Shown in pieces: positions 26,083-40,041 of a stretch of 64,000 bases of DNA. The stretch's first letter is position 1; every line of letters starts with the position of its first letter. The stretch comes from Octopus bimaculoides. Its lineage: Eukaryota. The stretch is from positions 9,213,715 through 9,277,714 of the forward strand of contig NC_068994.1 of NCBI RefSeq assembly GCF_001194135.2, read 5' to 3'. Position numbers and translations under genes: made by a program. The notes under the pieces are model-generated. The model saw nothing but the letters and a program-made list of their open reading frames with translations, had not been told where the DNA came from and searched no databases.

Positions 26083-26794
26083 TTGTGTGTATATTTACAC
26101 CTGCATATATTCATGGGTGTGCATATAAGTGTGTGAGAGCATTTTCCATAGATAATAATATATAGCACCCACTCACGCACGCACAGACACACAGAGAAAT
26201 GTATGTGTATGTACATTCATAGATCGATTGCTACACTTATCATTCTCGGGCGTATTTGCGTAAGTTTGTGTTGAAACAGGAAATCTTTTATTTATTGTGT
26301 AATTCTGCATGAGATACACTGGCATTTTGACTTATTGTTGGATTAAAATATTTACAAAAATTCATTTTTGTATTAAATTCTTTCTTAAAATACTGATTGT
26401 TAGTTCTCTATGGTATCAAAACGAAGATTGATTAAATTGTGCTGGGCAACGCAGCAACTTGATTTATGAGATGAATTTTAATTAAGCCCAGCAATATATT
26501 GCGATTTGTGATATTTTAAAAGATAGTTCGTCTCCGAAATTAACGTCTCCCTTTTGGTTTAAAAAAGTGTTATTTGGTTTTGTTTTGCGTTATCTTTGTT
26601 TAATTTGAAACATATATTTACATATAATGCCCAAAAGATTCACTACGCTTTTCACTTGTAAATACTGCATTACATATGATTTTGTAACATTTTTAACGTG
26701 GTGTGTATGTTTGGTATCATATTTTGATACAAGACCAGCAAATTCAGGGAAGAGATTAAGCCGATTGTTCAACTGTTACTTAACTTGTCGACCA

Positions 26795-27310
26795 TGTAAG
26801 GCAAAGCTTTTGAGTCCAGAACGTAAAGAGGGACAAAATGTCGCTAAGTAATGTTATCTGCGCGGTAACGATTGTGTCAGCTCTCCGCATTCTCAGGGTG
26901 TATATATTAGTTTCAAAATTTGACATAAGGCCAGTAATTTATGATGACATCGACACCAGTATTCCACTGGTATTCATATTGTCAATCTCGAAAAGGTGAA
27001 AATTAAAGCCGAGCCCGGTAGCATTTCAACTCAGAATGCAAAGTCGGGAAAATGCCACCAAGAATGTTATCCATTACAGTAACAATTCTACCAGCTCGTC
27101 GTGTTTACAATATGCAAATACTAACAAGCCGCAAAAGACAGGTAGCCGCATTTTGTTGGTCTTCATTTTCAGAGTCCAAATTCCACCGAGTTCAACATCG
27201 CCTTTCCTCCTTTCGGGATAAAATATGTACCAGTAGATTACTCAGGTTTATGTAACCAACCCACTTCCTCATACGGAAACCCTGACCTTGTGCCAACATT
27301 TGAAACTAAT
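26795..27310. mobile_element. Cluster of three degenerate family B SINEs (-, -, +)
   Basis: Family B head/core fragments at ~26795-26888 (-), ~26920-27105 (-) and ~27135-27310 (+, ending gaccttgtgccaacatttgaaactaat). Confidence 0.7.
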
Positions 27311-29825
27311 CATGGAAACAAGCCCTTGTTTAATTAGGAACATGATTGGAACATGAAGTGAATATTGCTTACTCTTCCTAATAAGTTTTACCTTTCTTCT
27401 GTGCTGTTGTATTTACTTTATTTACTAATAACTTGTATCTACTAATATTTCATATATTTTGCATTTATTGATATCCCTGATATTTTAGACATAGTGTTTA
27501 TGTCTCATTTAATTGCTGTTTGATATGTCAGCACTTATTTTAGTATCTCTACGCAGTGTAGATGCGCTTTATATTTAAGAAACCACCTATATTGCCTTAA
27601 TCGTTAGGAAATATCTTCAGGCAAAATATCATTATTCCCAAATTCTGTTGGGAATAACTTCAGGCAAAATATCAGACCTGTCTATACGATTCGGTATATA
27701 TACTTTCCATTGTTCCTTTCTAACGGCATTTTCATTGTTTTATAACCATTACAATACTTTAATGAAATTATGAATATTATAACTTTCTACATCGGAGTGT
27801 TACACATTTACCTACTAATGTTGACATAAACATTAAAATATGTAAATGTAATTATGGATACTGTGATTTCGTGAATCCGTCTGATACACATTTACATACT
27901 CACGGTTCCAAAACTATTAAAATACTTTAATGAAATAATGGATATTGTTATTTTCTACATTGGCGTAACACGCATTTACCTATATATTCTTTCATAGAGA
28001 TTAAAACACGTTAATGAAATTATAAACATTGTCATAGTCTATAACATCTTTAAACACATTTGAATATTCATGCTTTCATATATATTAAAATACGTTAATG
28101 AATTTATAATACTTTAATTTCCCACATCAATGTAGCATACATTTATGTACTAGTCGCTTCATGCTCATGAAAAACACTTTAATGAATTTTCTAAGTTTCT
28201 ATAGTTATTAGTTTATACAAAATTTACTATAATTTTATTGGATTTCTGTCTGTCGTGGTGTCATATTTAGATAATGTTTAAGAAGTTTTATGAAGTTTAA
28301 GAAGTTTTCTCAGCTCAGCAAGTTTCGCCACTTTATCCACATTCGAATGAGATTTGCGTGGGTATTTTTTCAAGTATATGGCCAACGTAAACTATCTCTT
28401 TTTGAAAATGTTCAGATTGTTATTACTTCGTGTGTTAATGAAGCGTCTTTCCCTAATATTCAAAGTAGACTTGGAACCTCACACCCCAAAGAAAAAACAA
28501 AAAATACGTTCTCTTCTAACCCCNNNNNNNNNNCCCATCTGTTTTATATAAATGAACAAACTATTCTTACATTGAGAAAATTGTATTTGACAGGTTCTAG
28601 ACAGGTACAAAAGGGCTAACAGTAATGAAGAAATAAAAGGATTTTTCCAACATTCTGACGACCTTTTTTTCCACTTTCTCTCTATCTTTGTCTCTCTGTT
28701 TCTCTTTTACTCCCCCTCTCTCACTCTCACATTCTCTCTGTCTCTCTCAGAATGCCCAAAACTGATCTGTGAGAGCAGCTGTGGAATAATAGTGTTGATG
28801 GCCTCCAGGAACTCGAGATTGTTTGTTAGTAACCTGTTCCTATATAGCATTCTACAGACGTTAAGTGCGAGGATGGGGTGTTGTGATGTTTATCAGAAAA
28901 CAGTTTACAATGTAACATAAGCAGTTGACTTCATGATCATAATTGAACGCGTTTGACCATACTACATTTAGATCAATATTGAGCTACTGCCAAACAATGT
29001 CAGAAGCAAACAACCAATAGTGTTTCCACGCTGTCACTCACCATGTTCCGAGTAAAACTAGGTCGGGGGATTATACCGTTAGTGATTTATTCCAGAACGT
29101 AAATAGCAGAAGTTCATATTGTTAACCCGTGTGTTTATGCGGAGAGGTGGAGTGAGTGGAGATCTGTATTTCCTATTTAATGTGAAACAAAGCACAAACA
29201 TTAACAAACTCGACAGCTGCTGTTGAAGAGACACAAATACAGAGACGTTCGTAATCATATCGCCGTTTCAGATTCACCTCGATGTGAATTCATTAAAAAA
29301 TGAGGAAAAATGAAAAATTTAAACTCGTTACTTCCTGTTGAATAGAAACAATAAATAATAGCGTTGAAGTAAAAAAGTACATAATGAAATACGGAAAATA
29401 AAGCTTATTTTTAGGTCAAAATAACAACAGCAATGAACAGAATATTACCAAAAGAGGAAAACAAAACCGTGAAGGTACCAGTTACCAATGATCTGTTTTC
29501 TTGTTTGTTTTTTTTCTTCCCTTTTTCCTTTCTGTTAGTGTTATATATAAATTATTTTATTTTTTCAATCATTTTTTTCTGAATGTAATTTTATTGTATA
29601 GAATTTACTGATAAAGCAAATTGATTTAATGGTAATTATATTTTTATTCTTTAAGTAAGAATGAACGTTGCAAAATAAATAAATACATAAATAAATCTAT
29701 AAAATGCTTCCAAGCCATGTTAAGTTTAAGTTACCAAACTATTTGAAATACAGAAGAAAAAATGTATCATAACCGGTGGCAACAGTTCTGTGTGAAATTG
29801 TTATTGCTTTTTGTTGTGGTAGCTA

Positions 29826-29837
29826 TTATTATTATTA

Positions 29838-29895
<58 letters not shown>

Positions 29896-29897
29896 CG
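29826..29897. repeat. (ATT)n microsatellite
   Basis: Direct tandem run. Confidence 0.95.
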
Positions 29898-29998
29898 TTA
29901 TAATAAACATTGTAAAAGCGATGCTGATTATTTGTAATCATCATAATGTGTATGTAACATGTACCCCCAATGAAATAATATATTTATATAAACATAAT

Positions 29999-30169
29999 AG
30001 GCGCAGGAGTGGCTGTGTGGTAAGTAGCTTGCTTCCCAACCACATGGTTTCAGGTTCAGTCTTACTGCGTATGCGTGGCATCTTAGGCAAGTGTCTTCTA
30101 ATATAGCCTCGGGCCGACCAAAACCTTGCTAGTGCAATTGGTAGACGGAAACTGAAAGACGTCCGTCGT
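29999..30169 (+). mobile_element. SINE family A, full length
   Basis: aggcgcaggagtggctgtgtggtaagtagcttgc...ggcatcttaggcaagtgtcttc...gtagacggaaactgaaagacgtccgtcg. The central ccttgggcaagt-like segment resembles the CORE domain. Confidence 0.92.
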
Positions 30170-30549
30170 GTGTGTGTCTATGTATATATATATATATATA
30201 TATATTTATATNNNNNNNNNNNNNNNNNNNNNNNNNNNNNNNNNNNNNNNNNNNNNNNNNNNNNNNNNNNNNNNNNNNNNNNNNNNNNNNNNNNNNNNNN
30301 NNNNNNNNNNNNNNNNNNNNNNNNNNNNNNNNNNNNNNNNNNNNNNNNNNNNNNNNNNNNNNNNNNNNNNNNNNNNNNNNNNNNNNNNNNNNNNNNNNNN
30401 NNNNNNNNNNNNNNNNNNNNNNNNNNNNNNNNNNNNNNNNNNNNNNNNNNNNNNNNNNNNNNNNNNNNNNNNNNNNNNNNNNNNNNNNNNNNNNNNNNNN
30501 NNNNNNNNNNNNNNNNNNNNNNNNNNNNNNNTATATATATATATATATA

Positions 30550-31390
30550 TTAGCAGTAGTAACCGGCGTTGAACGGTTCTTAATAAATTACCATTCAACT
30601 GCGGGAAGATGAGGCCTTACACCTGAGTAAATATTTTGAGCCCTAAACGGCTACCGCGTTCGTGCAAAACTCTTCTGATCTTAACACCTTAATCTTCAGC
30701 CCAGCACGGATTGGAACCATACACTTATGGAATCCTTTTAAAGCCCATTGTAAGGCGAACGGTTTAGAAACACCTTTCCTAATGGCTTGCTGTCTGGCAT
30801 CAATCTGAAGGCGATTATCACGATCTTGTAACGTTTGGGAAGATCGAGCATCAGCAGTGTTTGCAGCATCCGTTTTCCGAAGTCTATGGCGCTGTTCCTC
30901 ATTCTCCTTGGCACGTGCAGCTGAAGAGCACGCAGCATTAGCGGCTCGATGACGTTTATGCTGGGGGCTTGTTCCAGAAGCTCTTGCAGCCGCTGTAGAC
31001 GCGGCGTTATCAGATGGGTGGTTTCTTCGATGGACCTCTGTCTCCGAAGCTCGAGCAGCTGCCATTGTAGAAGCATTCGCGGCTCGGCGAGTTCTGCCTT
31101 CGTCTTCGGTGTCTGCAGCGCGAGCAGTCACAGATAAGATAACAATGGTGGTCAGGCGAGCGTTTCTCTAGTCGTCTGTTTCCTGTGCTTTTCTGGTGGT
31201 CGCACGTTCAGCAGCTTGTGTCCGACGGATGGTAGTCTCGAACGACGATTCTGAAACTGGATTTCGTCTTGATTCTTCTGCTTTCGGCCAATGGTGAATC
31301 TCATCCGTCGTGGTATGACCTAAACAGGGAGCTTGTGGAACACTTAATCTCAGTCTGAAAGATAAAAGCAAGCGGCTGAGAGTGATCGCA
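30550..31390 (-). mobile_element. Internally deleted, non-autonomous Helitron carrying STPR repeats
   Basis: The minus-strand 3' end has the hairpin AACCG-TTCAACGC-CGGTT (30578-30561), a 7-nt spacer, CTAA (fits CTRR) and then T. The coding relic joins seven 23-aa repeats to IRAGLKIKVLRSEEFCTNAV, which resembles the extreme C-terminus of the RepHel helicase. No Rep or helicase core remains. The 5' end was not located. Confidence 0.8.
30643..31319 (-). pseudogene. STPR-repeat (7 x 23 aa) coding relic from the Helitron RepHel N-terminus
   Basis: Repeats: ESSFETTIRRTQAAERATTRKAQ / ETDD*RNARLTTIVILSVTARAA / DTEDEGRTRRAANASTMAAARAS / ETEVHRRNHPSDNAASTAAARAS / GTSPQHKRHRAANAACSSAARAK / ENEEQRHRLRKTDAANTADARSS / QTLQDRDNRLQIDARQQAIRKGV. 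One in-frame TAG at 31170-31168. An acceptor ctgtttag| precedes an (M/I)PRRMRFTIGRKQK leader that is frameshifted relative to the repeats. Confidence 0.8.
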
Positions 31391-31394
31391 GAGT

Positions 31395-31500
31395 CACTTG
31401 AGATGACGTGTTTTGCTCCAGAAAACGCGGCACCACCCGGTTTAGAAATTGAAATCCCGATCGTGAGTAACGCCGTCTAACCACTAAGACCATGCATCCA
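31395..31500 (-). mobile_element. SINE family D-like 5' fragment
   Basis: Reverse complement ggatgcatggtcttagtggttagacggcgttactcacgatcggga...gcgttttctggagcaaaacac; a similar head fragment lies at 32425-32480. Confidence 0.7.
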
Positions 31501-32484
31501 GATTCTGTGTGTGTCTGTTTGTGTGTATAATCGTATAAATATGTGTGAACATAAACTTTCTTTTGAACTAGAAGTAGTTTTAAATAGGAAGTTAGCATTT
31601 AACGAGGATACTAGTAAGATGTTATTGTCTTGTGGCAATACAACGACATTTTCCAATCGACGGAAACAGTGTAGAAAAATAAACGAATATATATATGTCT
31701 TTGAAAAGTAATCCTAATAAAATCATAATTCACAAAAGCGAAAGACTACGATATGTTAAGATATATTTGTTATGTTTGTCTTAAACAAAAGCAAAGCATT
31801 GTGGTTTTGGTTCTAACGTTGGTTTGAAATTTTAGAATTTATATACAATATGACCTTTAAAACAATATATTTTGTACTTTTAACAATACTAGCTACGCAG
31901 TATACATATATATGTATACATAATTTCATAAGTTACGTTTCTAAAGAGTAAACAAAAAATTAAGTAGTATATTTATTATATTGATATTTGAAATGATTAC
32001 AAGAAAGGATTTGATATTTAAAAGAAAAACGTAGTTTATCTATTTAAGCACTTATAATGAAAACACCGATATCAACGACTAAATGTCATTTGTATATGGT
32101 GTACGGTCAATCTGGGAATATATATATGTATGTATATACAAAATATTACAACTATAGTTTCATATACAAAATCCAAACTACGTGATTTAATTTCAGCTAT
32201 CAGAAAATATGTGTAAATCTAGCGTATTTTTTAAAACACCGTGTTAATCTCAAACTTACTTGTACATCTAAATATATAAAATGTGTAAATATACTTTGAA
32301 GAATGTAGCACTAAGTATACAAAATCTGCAAAATAAGACATATATGTGGTGGTCACGGTTGGAAATTTTATAATCATAGTCCTACTCTCTCAGAACTTGT
32401 AATATATGTCATAGTTGTTATAGTTAGGAATTGAAATTACGATCGTGAGAGACGCCATCTAACTGCTAGTACATGCATCGACAC

Positions 32485-32516
<32 letters not shown>

Positions 32517-35500
32517 CGCGTTTGTGTGAAAAAAGCTACCTGAGATACAAGTCGTGTTTCATCGAAGGCTTCAATAGTCATCTTTTATCGTACTTAATTG
32601 AAGCGTAAATATTTTGAATAGAGTAGTTGTAACTGAGAAACTCGCTAAGGATTGCTTCTCTCACCATCATCAGAGGAGATTGTAGCACTTTATGTTCCAA
32701 GTGCGATGGCTGTGAATTCAAATCTTTACGTTACTGAAAAAAATTATTGCAATAATTATGACAAATTCTAATTTTTCCGTTACAACTGATTATCAGTTTC
32801 TTGTATGAATATTTCCTGGTGAGGTGACAAACTCTGATTTCTAATATATCTTAGAAAATATATTATACTCACAGATTGATAAAATAATCAAAAGAAAGAG
32901 TCATCGCAAATAACTTTTTTTTATGGTTCAGCCTCTTTTTAAGAACCAGCTTAATTAGTCTTACGTTCTTCCTTGGCATTGACTGGATACCATTTACGCA
33001 ATACATGGGGTGTGCTCTATTCGACTGATTAAATTGAAAAGCCAGCATGGCAGTAACCTAATATGTGATAACCTATAAAATAAAAGAAAAGAAAAGAAAA
33101 TGTCTGATAGGCTTTGCTATCAGAGATTAACGTTTTCCTCCCGTTTACTTGTGTTGTTTCTGCTGCTGCTGAGTTTAATTTTGTAGTAGACACACTTTTC
33201 ATGTTTGATTGTAGACGCACTCGTCTTCGTTGATTATAAATGCACCTATATTCACTTCTGACTTTTAGAGCATCGTGGCATTATTAAAGATTCTACAATT
33301 AACACTTACTCACTTGATGTATTTCCCTGCAAGATTTTCGGAAAGAATCAATAGTTCATTTTGACAAACACACTTCTCAACAGATCAAATATTTAGTTTT
33401 ACCGCAAGAACGCGTCATGCCTAACTCGTACACCTTAAACAACAATAAGGCTGACATTTTAAATAATAATATTTATCCATTGGCTGGAGACGTACATAGA
33501 AAATAACGCTGCTTCATATAATTTAGTCACAGAATGACAGAACGGGGGGCATAAATCAAACATATATCTTCCCCCAAATTCCTTAAATAATTACAACTTT
33601 AAAATTCCCAATACATGGCGGAGACAGTTATCAAAGCGGTTGTATGCCTTCAGAGTTTCGATGGTTAATGTCAGATAGGAGCTATTTATGATGATGCTGG
33701 TAAAATTGGAGATGGACATGATAATGATATTAACATTGATAATAATGAAAATAATATTAATGATTATTATTTTTATTTGGCGAACACATAACACTGTGGG
33801 CTGTCTATAAAATAAAACTCTGAAAGGCGTTTTATAGGAGAGAACGCTGTTTGACATCCTTAAAAAAATTCCAAATAACTGTGATTAAAAAAATACCGAA
33901 TAACTGTGATTAAGATATAATTACATAAATGAAAAAGAATTGGCCAAAATTTTGAAAGAAAATTGCTGCATTAAAACTATATAAATCTGAGAGACATTAC
34001 CGCATATAATTGTTGCATTAGAAATGGTTACATTATTCAGTGGACGCCTACCGTGTGTAAAAATACTATCGAACTGATTGGGCTCCCTCGAATCAAAAAG
34101 ACAATAAATAATTCGAATAAAAAGGCATTATTCAGATTGAACCTATTAATAGGAGATTTTGTACGTCAAATCCAATGCACAGAAAATGGAGAAAATCAGA
34201 CGTACAAAACTCCACATTACGACAAGTTTACTTACAAGTAAGCGGCTAAAATTACGACAAACTGAACGAAAGACCAGCTGGTCTTGGCTCTTCATTCTCA
34301 CAAACAAATCTAAGATACCAGGACAGAGAGGATAGTACTTTCGTATGCATGCTCTAAACAGACTATACCCTATAAAAAACAGTGCAACAATATATTATGA
34401 AATTTTGCGTGAGACAGTGCGAATGCACTATAACGTAACTGTAATGCAAATCTGTTTCGTATAACTAAACTTTTAGACAAAATATGATATCATTTGCATA
34501 TAAGCAGATACTCATTTGACTTTAAGAGTCAATTTATGATCAGTGACGCCATAGTTGAGTCACGAAGAATAATAAGTCGAAGTCAAGTATCACTAACATA
34601 TCTACTAAATATCCTTCGGCAAAATTTTTCACTAACAAAGGAATTCCCGAGAATGCGAATATATATGAAGTATCGGAGATTAAAGGAGGAAAGAAAACAT
34701 ATGAATAAATATTCGAATAATGAAACGATTTATTCAGGAATTAGGCGAAAAATATATGCTAGACGAAAAGTATGGTATCGAACATATCTTAAAAACCGAA
34801 TTGGGTTTTATACGTATCAAAGTGTCTACGAAAACAATAAAAGCGAATGGCAGGCATTTGGACATGTCTCCTTCCCTGCCTCCCCTCCGTTCATAATAGC
34901 TAGACTCATACTTCTACATCATAATCCCTCACCAACAGATATTTCAGACAAACATCTCTTGCTTCCTCTTAAAATGCTTTTTTAGAGGTTGTATAGAATT
35001 TATCTTCTATCGCTCTGAATTTAATACAAAGTGTCATCGTATCATTTTTGCGGGAGAATACTTATGGCTAAAGACGTATTCTCTTTTGTGATACACCGAT
35101 TTTGTTTTTCTTTCGCTTCACAGTTGACTAATGACATTTATTTCTTATCATCTTACAAAGGTCGCATCACAAACTTTGTAACTTGTATTGTTTTTATCAT
35201 GTTTGACTTATTATCACGTTTATTTTTAACTTTTACGTGTGTTAAATAATAACTGTCTGTGTTTATGGTTGTGTCTCTTTGTATAATTGACATTCCATTA
35301 TTCTAATTGTTTTTATCCTTTTTTGTCTATATAGGTGTTCATTTTGTTTTAAACAGTAGGTGTTAACAGTTTTACGTCTAGCACAAAATCCCACTAGCCC
35401 CGAGATAGACGTGTCCAAAGCAATAAACAAAATAAAATTTATGTCGGCAAAAATATTTGTACACAATAAAAGTTTTCATAGAAAAATGATAGAAAACTTT

Positions 35501-35962
35501 CATTATTAGGGACGGAATTAGAGTGAGCAAAAAAAAAAGAAAAAAAAAGGAACAGAAGTGTGCATTTAGCAATGCAACAACTTCGAGGCGGTTGTTGTTT
35601 CCTGCCATTTTCCCCTTTTTAAACACTGTAGTTATGCGAATGTGGTATTCGTGTCGAATATCACATTTTATCAGGTTTTCAAAAATATGTCTGCTTTAAG
35701 TACGGTATACTGTTTCCTGCTTTGGACGAATATTGTGCTCGTCGCTAATAACGAAATTTTATTCAGTGTAACAGCTAAATACAAAAGGAATAATTTTTCA
35801 ATCACTGTTTACACATATCAATAGCAGCCGATCTTCGCATAGCATTCGGTACCAGTAGGTATTTCTGTGATTTATATCGCGATGAATGCATAAGAGATGC
35901 TTTTGCGGGTTGGGCATTCCGTCCTAACTAGTATTGCTTCCGTATCTAATAAAGTGTGTGTA

Positions 35963-36016
<54 letters not shown>

Positions 36017-36879
36017 CAAATCATTTACAGCTATTTCTGCTATAAGATGAAATCCTCAGTTTGTACAATGATTGTGTATCATCTTACAGATTCGTCATAA
36101 CATATATACACAAGTAATATGCATGGCGCGCGTGTGCATATCACAATATCATTCGTACCATTAGTAAAACATGTTGTTGTTCACATCGTATTTTGTGCCT
36201 GCAGAGTTGTAGACAAATTTTTTTTTTTTTATCTCCATCACCATTATCATCATCTTTATTAATATTGATCCTGAAATTTTCAGTTATGTTTCTTTGACTG
36301 AGAGAGGAACGGATATTTATATGAAGGCTACGCATAATGCATACACATTATCAATTCATTAAGTTATCAATTTTGTATGCTCAAATTTTATACGGAAACA
36401 TTTGGAATTCTCCGAACTTACCCCATAATCTTGGGCAAAAGTAAATCTGAGATTTACATTATTAGAACTACTTGATAGACATGTACAGCAATTTTAAACT
36501 TCTGAATTGACTTCTGCTGATGTATTAGGAACTAGTGTTTGCTACAGTCATTGCTGTAATTTTAGCGACAGTTACGACAGATGAACGCTCCCATTTTTAT
36601 TTTAGTTAGACGATCGGAATTCAAAAAGACAGATAAAAACTATCATTCATACAGATAGGAATGACTCACTTTAATAAAAAATCGTGGGGACAACGACGAC
36701 GTCACGATAAAAAACAACACTGCTCAATAATTTTTATATTATTGTATAAAAAGCAGTATATACCAGTTGGGCAAATAAAAGGACGAGAAAACATGGCCAT
36801 TTCTAAAACATCTTTATCCGATGAATTATTCACTAGAAACAACGAAGAGAAATTCCATATTCATCTGTATTTCAAAAGA

Positions 36880-37125
36880 CGGGTTTAATTCCATAAGATT
36901 CCAATATGTTAAAATTAGTAGTGGCTTATCTGTGTTAGGGTGTACCGATTCAAGTATCTGGACAATGCAGGCGAACGAATTTCTTCTGGAGTTATGAGAA
37001 CGGGGCCGAACCGGAAACAAGAGCATCTGCACTGTCACACACCTTCTTACACACTTGTAACAACAATGAATTTGAGGATCAAGTTTGTTGATGTCGGTTC
37101 TTAACTCAACTTAAACGTGCGCAAC
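36880..37125 (+). mobile_element. Degenerate SINE-like repeat (3' portion)
   Basis: gccgaaccggaaacaagagcatctgcactgtcacacaccttcttacacac...ctcaacttaaacgtgcgcaacaa resembles an octopus SINE tail as I recall it; only one copy in the window. Confidence 0.45.
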
Positions 37126-37603
37126 AATACGGATATGTGTGGATGTATTTTTAATGATATTTCCCCGGGTACAATCTCTAAATACATTTAAATCCTAATG
37201 CTCACCGGGGAAAATGCCAATTCTCCGATGAGGGAGCACACAGTCGTGGATTACAGAGGATTATTTAAAATAGTAATGTAATACAAAAACCCTTGTATTA
37301 TGCTTGTATTAGGAAATGACATTAATTATTTACTTTCTGTTCACATGTGTGGTGAGGAACAGCTGATTTGCTGTGAGACCGGCTTAGCCCGACGAGCTAA
37401 GGAGAGCACACTAACGGCAAAAAAGAAATGATAATAATCATAATAATAATAATAATAATAATAATAATTATCATGATCATCTCATCTACTTCTGTGCAAT
37501 GATAAGGAAGGGGATAGCAACTTGCGTAATGTTGGAATACTTTAACAAAATATGAATTTCAAATATGAACTAAAATAGACTCAACATAATATTCCAAGAT
37601 TTG

Positions 37604-37748
37604 ATGAAGAAAAAGAAGAAGAAGAAGGAGAAGAAGAAGAAGAAGAAGAAGAAGAAGAAGAAGAAGAAGAAGAAGAAGAAGAAGAAGAAGAAGAAGAAGA
37701 AGAAGAAGAAGAAGAAGAAGAAGAAGAAGAAGAAGAAGAAGAAGAAGA
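37604..37748. repeat. (AAG)n microsatellite
   Basis: Direct tandem run; explains the poly-K and poly-F ORFs. Confidence 0.95.
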
Positions 37749-39323
37749 TAGCAAATATGATGTTTACTATAGATAAAAATGATAAGGTTTTAGTCATAAA
37801 ATCATGAATGGCTTATGTAAAGCTTTTGGCAATATGGAGGGGGGGGGGTGAGGGTCAGAGCTGTGCGTATATAAACGAGCGCACGAACAAACCAAATGTG
37901 AATTTTGTGGATTTTGCTTAGAAACAATTAGACAATGAAGTAGAATTTTATAGCGAAATTAGAGAAAGGGCAAAGTAGGTAAATAAAAATGAATTCCACG
38001 ATCAGATGTGACTGAGACACAAAGACATGCAGAACAGATAGAAGGATAGTAATATATAGACAGCAATCGTAAATGTAACATTTCGGATTCAAATACTATA
38101 GATAACCTTGATGTTGAGATTCTAATAACGAAACACTGAATGGTTTAACCAATCACGTACTGGTCACCATTCACTGCCACTTCTATTAAACACACTTACC
38201 TTAATTACACATTAGTATTAATCAATTTACAGTTCTCCAGTATGTGTTTATCTGTAATATATTAAATTATACTGATTTTTACATTTGTTTTGATGAGACC
38301 ATTTTGCTTTTAATTGTAGCGTTTTTTAATACTATTTTTGCATTAATAATCTGTCTGTGATGCATCATATTTTTTTACAGGGTCTCCAAGAAAGAAACTT
38401 GTTTTATAATTCCTTTATATTTTTTAGTTAGCATACTGGCATTAACATCGTGTCTATAATAGACTTTGAAAACAATTCTTAATTTTAAAAGAAGGAAGAA
38501 AAAAAGCAGGCCATGGATAATAGGTATACCAAAATAAGATGTAAATAAAGAGGTAAATTTCTTGCGTTCATCGATTAAATAAGTTCAGTTAGTAACTCGA
38601 TTACACAACTGACATTACCAGCATTGCTTATGTAGCCATCGGAAATTATTCACATTTACTTTTTTTTTATTATTGAATTCTGATTTTTTTCCATCGTGTA
38701 TATTCGATTCTCTTTATCTCCAGCAATAGTCTCCAAAATCTGTTTTTGCATGTCTTACCAATCAATGGATACTTTCAAACATAGTATTGAACACTTATTT
38801 TTAAATTTCTAGTAATTCCGATTTGTCAATGTTGTCTATATATATANNNNNNNNNNNNNNNNNNNNNNNNNNNNNNNNNNNNNNNNNNNNNNNNNNNNNN
38901 NNNNNNNNNNNNNNNNNNNNNNNNNNNNNNNNNNNNNNNNNNNNNNNNNNNNNNNNNNNNNNNNNNNNNNNNNNNNNNNNNNNNNNNNNNNNNNNNNNNN
39001 NNNNNNNNNNNNNNNNNNNNNNNNNNNNNNNNNNNNNNNNNNNNNNNNNNNNNNNNNNNNNNNNNNNNNNNNNNNNNNNNNNNNNNNNNNNNNNNNNNNN
39101 NNNNNNNNNNNNNNNNNNNNNNNNNNNNNNNNNNNNNNNNNNNNNNNNNNNNNNNNNNNNNNNNNNNNNNNNNNNNNNNNNNNNNNNNNNNNNNNNNNNN
39201 NNNNNNNNNNNNNNNNNNNNNNNNNNNNNNNNNNNNNNNNNNNNNNNNNNNNNNNNNNNNNNNNNNNNNNNNNNNNNNNNNNNNNNNNNNNNNNNNNNNN
39301 NNNNNNNNNNNNNNNNNNNNNNN

Positions 39324-39355
<32 letters not shown>

Positions 39356-40041
39356 GCATACATACCAGCACACGTATGGACACAAATGAACTGAAAATCA
39401 TTTTATTATTCTTTTATTCTTCCTACATACGTTGTATCAATCCTCTAGGCACAGAGACGCTAGTAAGTACATGAAAATGCAGATATATACATCGATCCAT
39501 GTATATACGCTATTATATGCATGTATAATCATGTATATACCTCGTATGCGTCTGCATACACGTGTATATTTGTATGTGTTCTGTGGCACTACGTGTAAGA
39601 AATACACCTATTAATGATTTTTTTTACTCAGGAAATTTATAGGGCTGTAAAACCAATAAGAAAATCTCTATAGAAAGAATTTAATCTAATTACGGGAATT
39701 GATCTGCCTCAGACATTTTTTAACCGCGTGATAGCTCACAAAGTGTACCACCTCATATTTTTAACAGTGTGCCACCTTCTTTATCATGGACCACCTCACA
39801 CGCACACATCTGCACGTATTTATAGACATGTCTTTAGAAAAATAATAAAACAGTAACAACAGTGTAGAAAATAATCGTTTAATTATGTTCTACGTGGTAT
39901 ACTATTATCTGGCTAAAACACGAATTAACAAACAGACCTCTCCTAAAACGCACCCTGAACAGAAAAAAAAAGCAGAAAGAAAACAGGGGCTCAGGCAAGG
40001 ACTGTTTATGGTGTCAATGTTAATAAAATTGGAACAACATT

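Noticed and set aside
34494-34985. 163-aa plus ORF
   Set aside because: It starts at TTG, has no recognisable motif and an AT-biased K/R/I/Y composition; an overlapping frame is equally open, so there is no positive coding evidence.
35263-35626. TM6/TM7-like strings (FFLLTLIPSL, DINFILF)
   Set aside because: They are driven by a poly-T run, the TM6-TM7 spacing is too short, and the conserved Asn at -4 is missing.
11284-37807. Poly-I/N/L/K/F/R/S/V ORFs and alternating YI/CV/HT ORFs
   Set aside because: They are translations of (AAT), (AAG), (GTA), (TA) and (CA) microsatellites.
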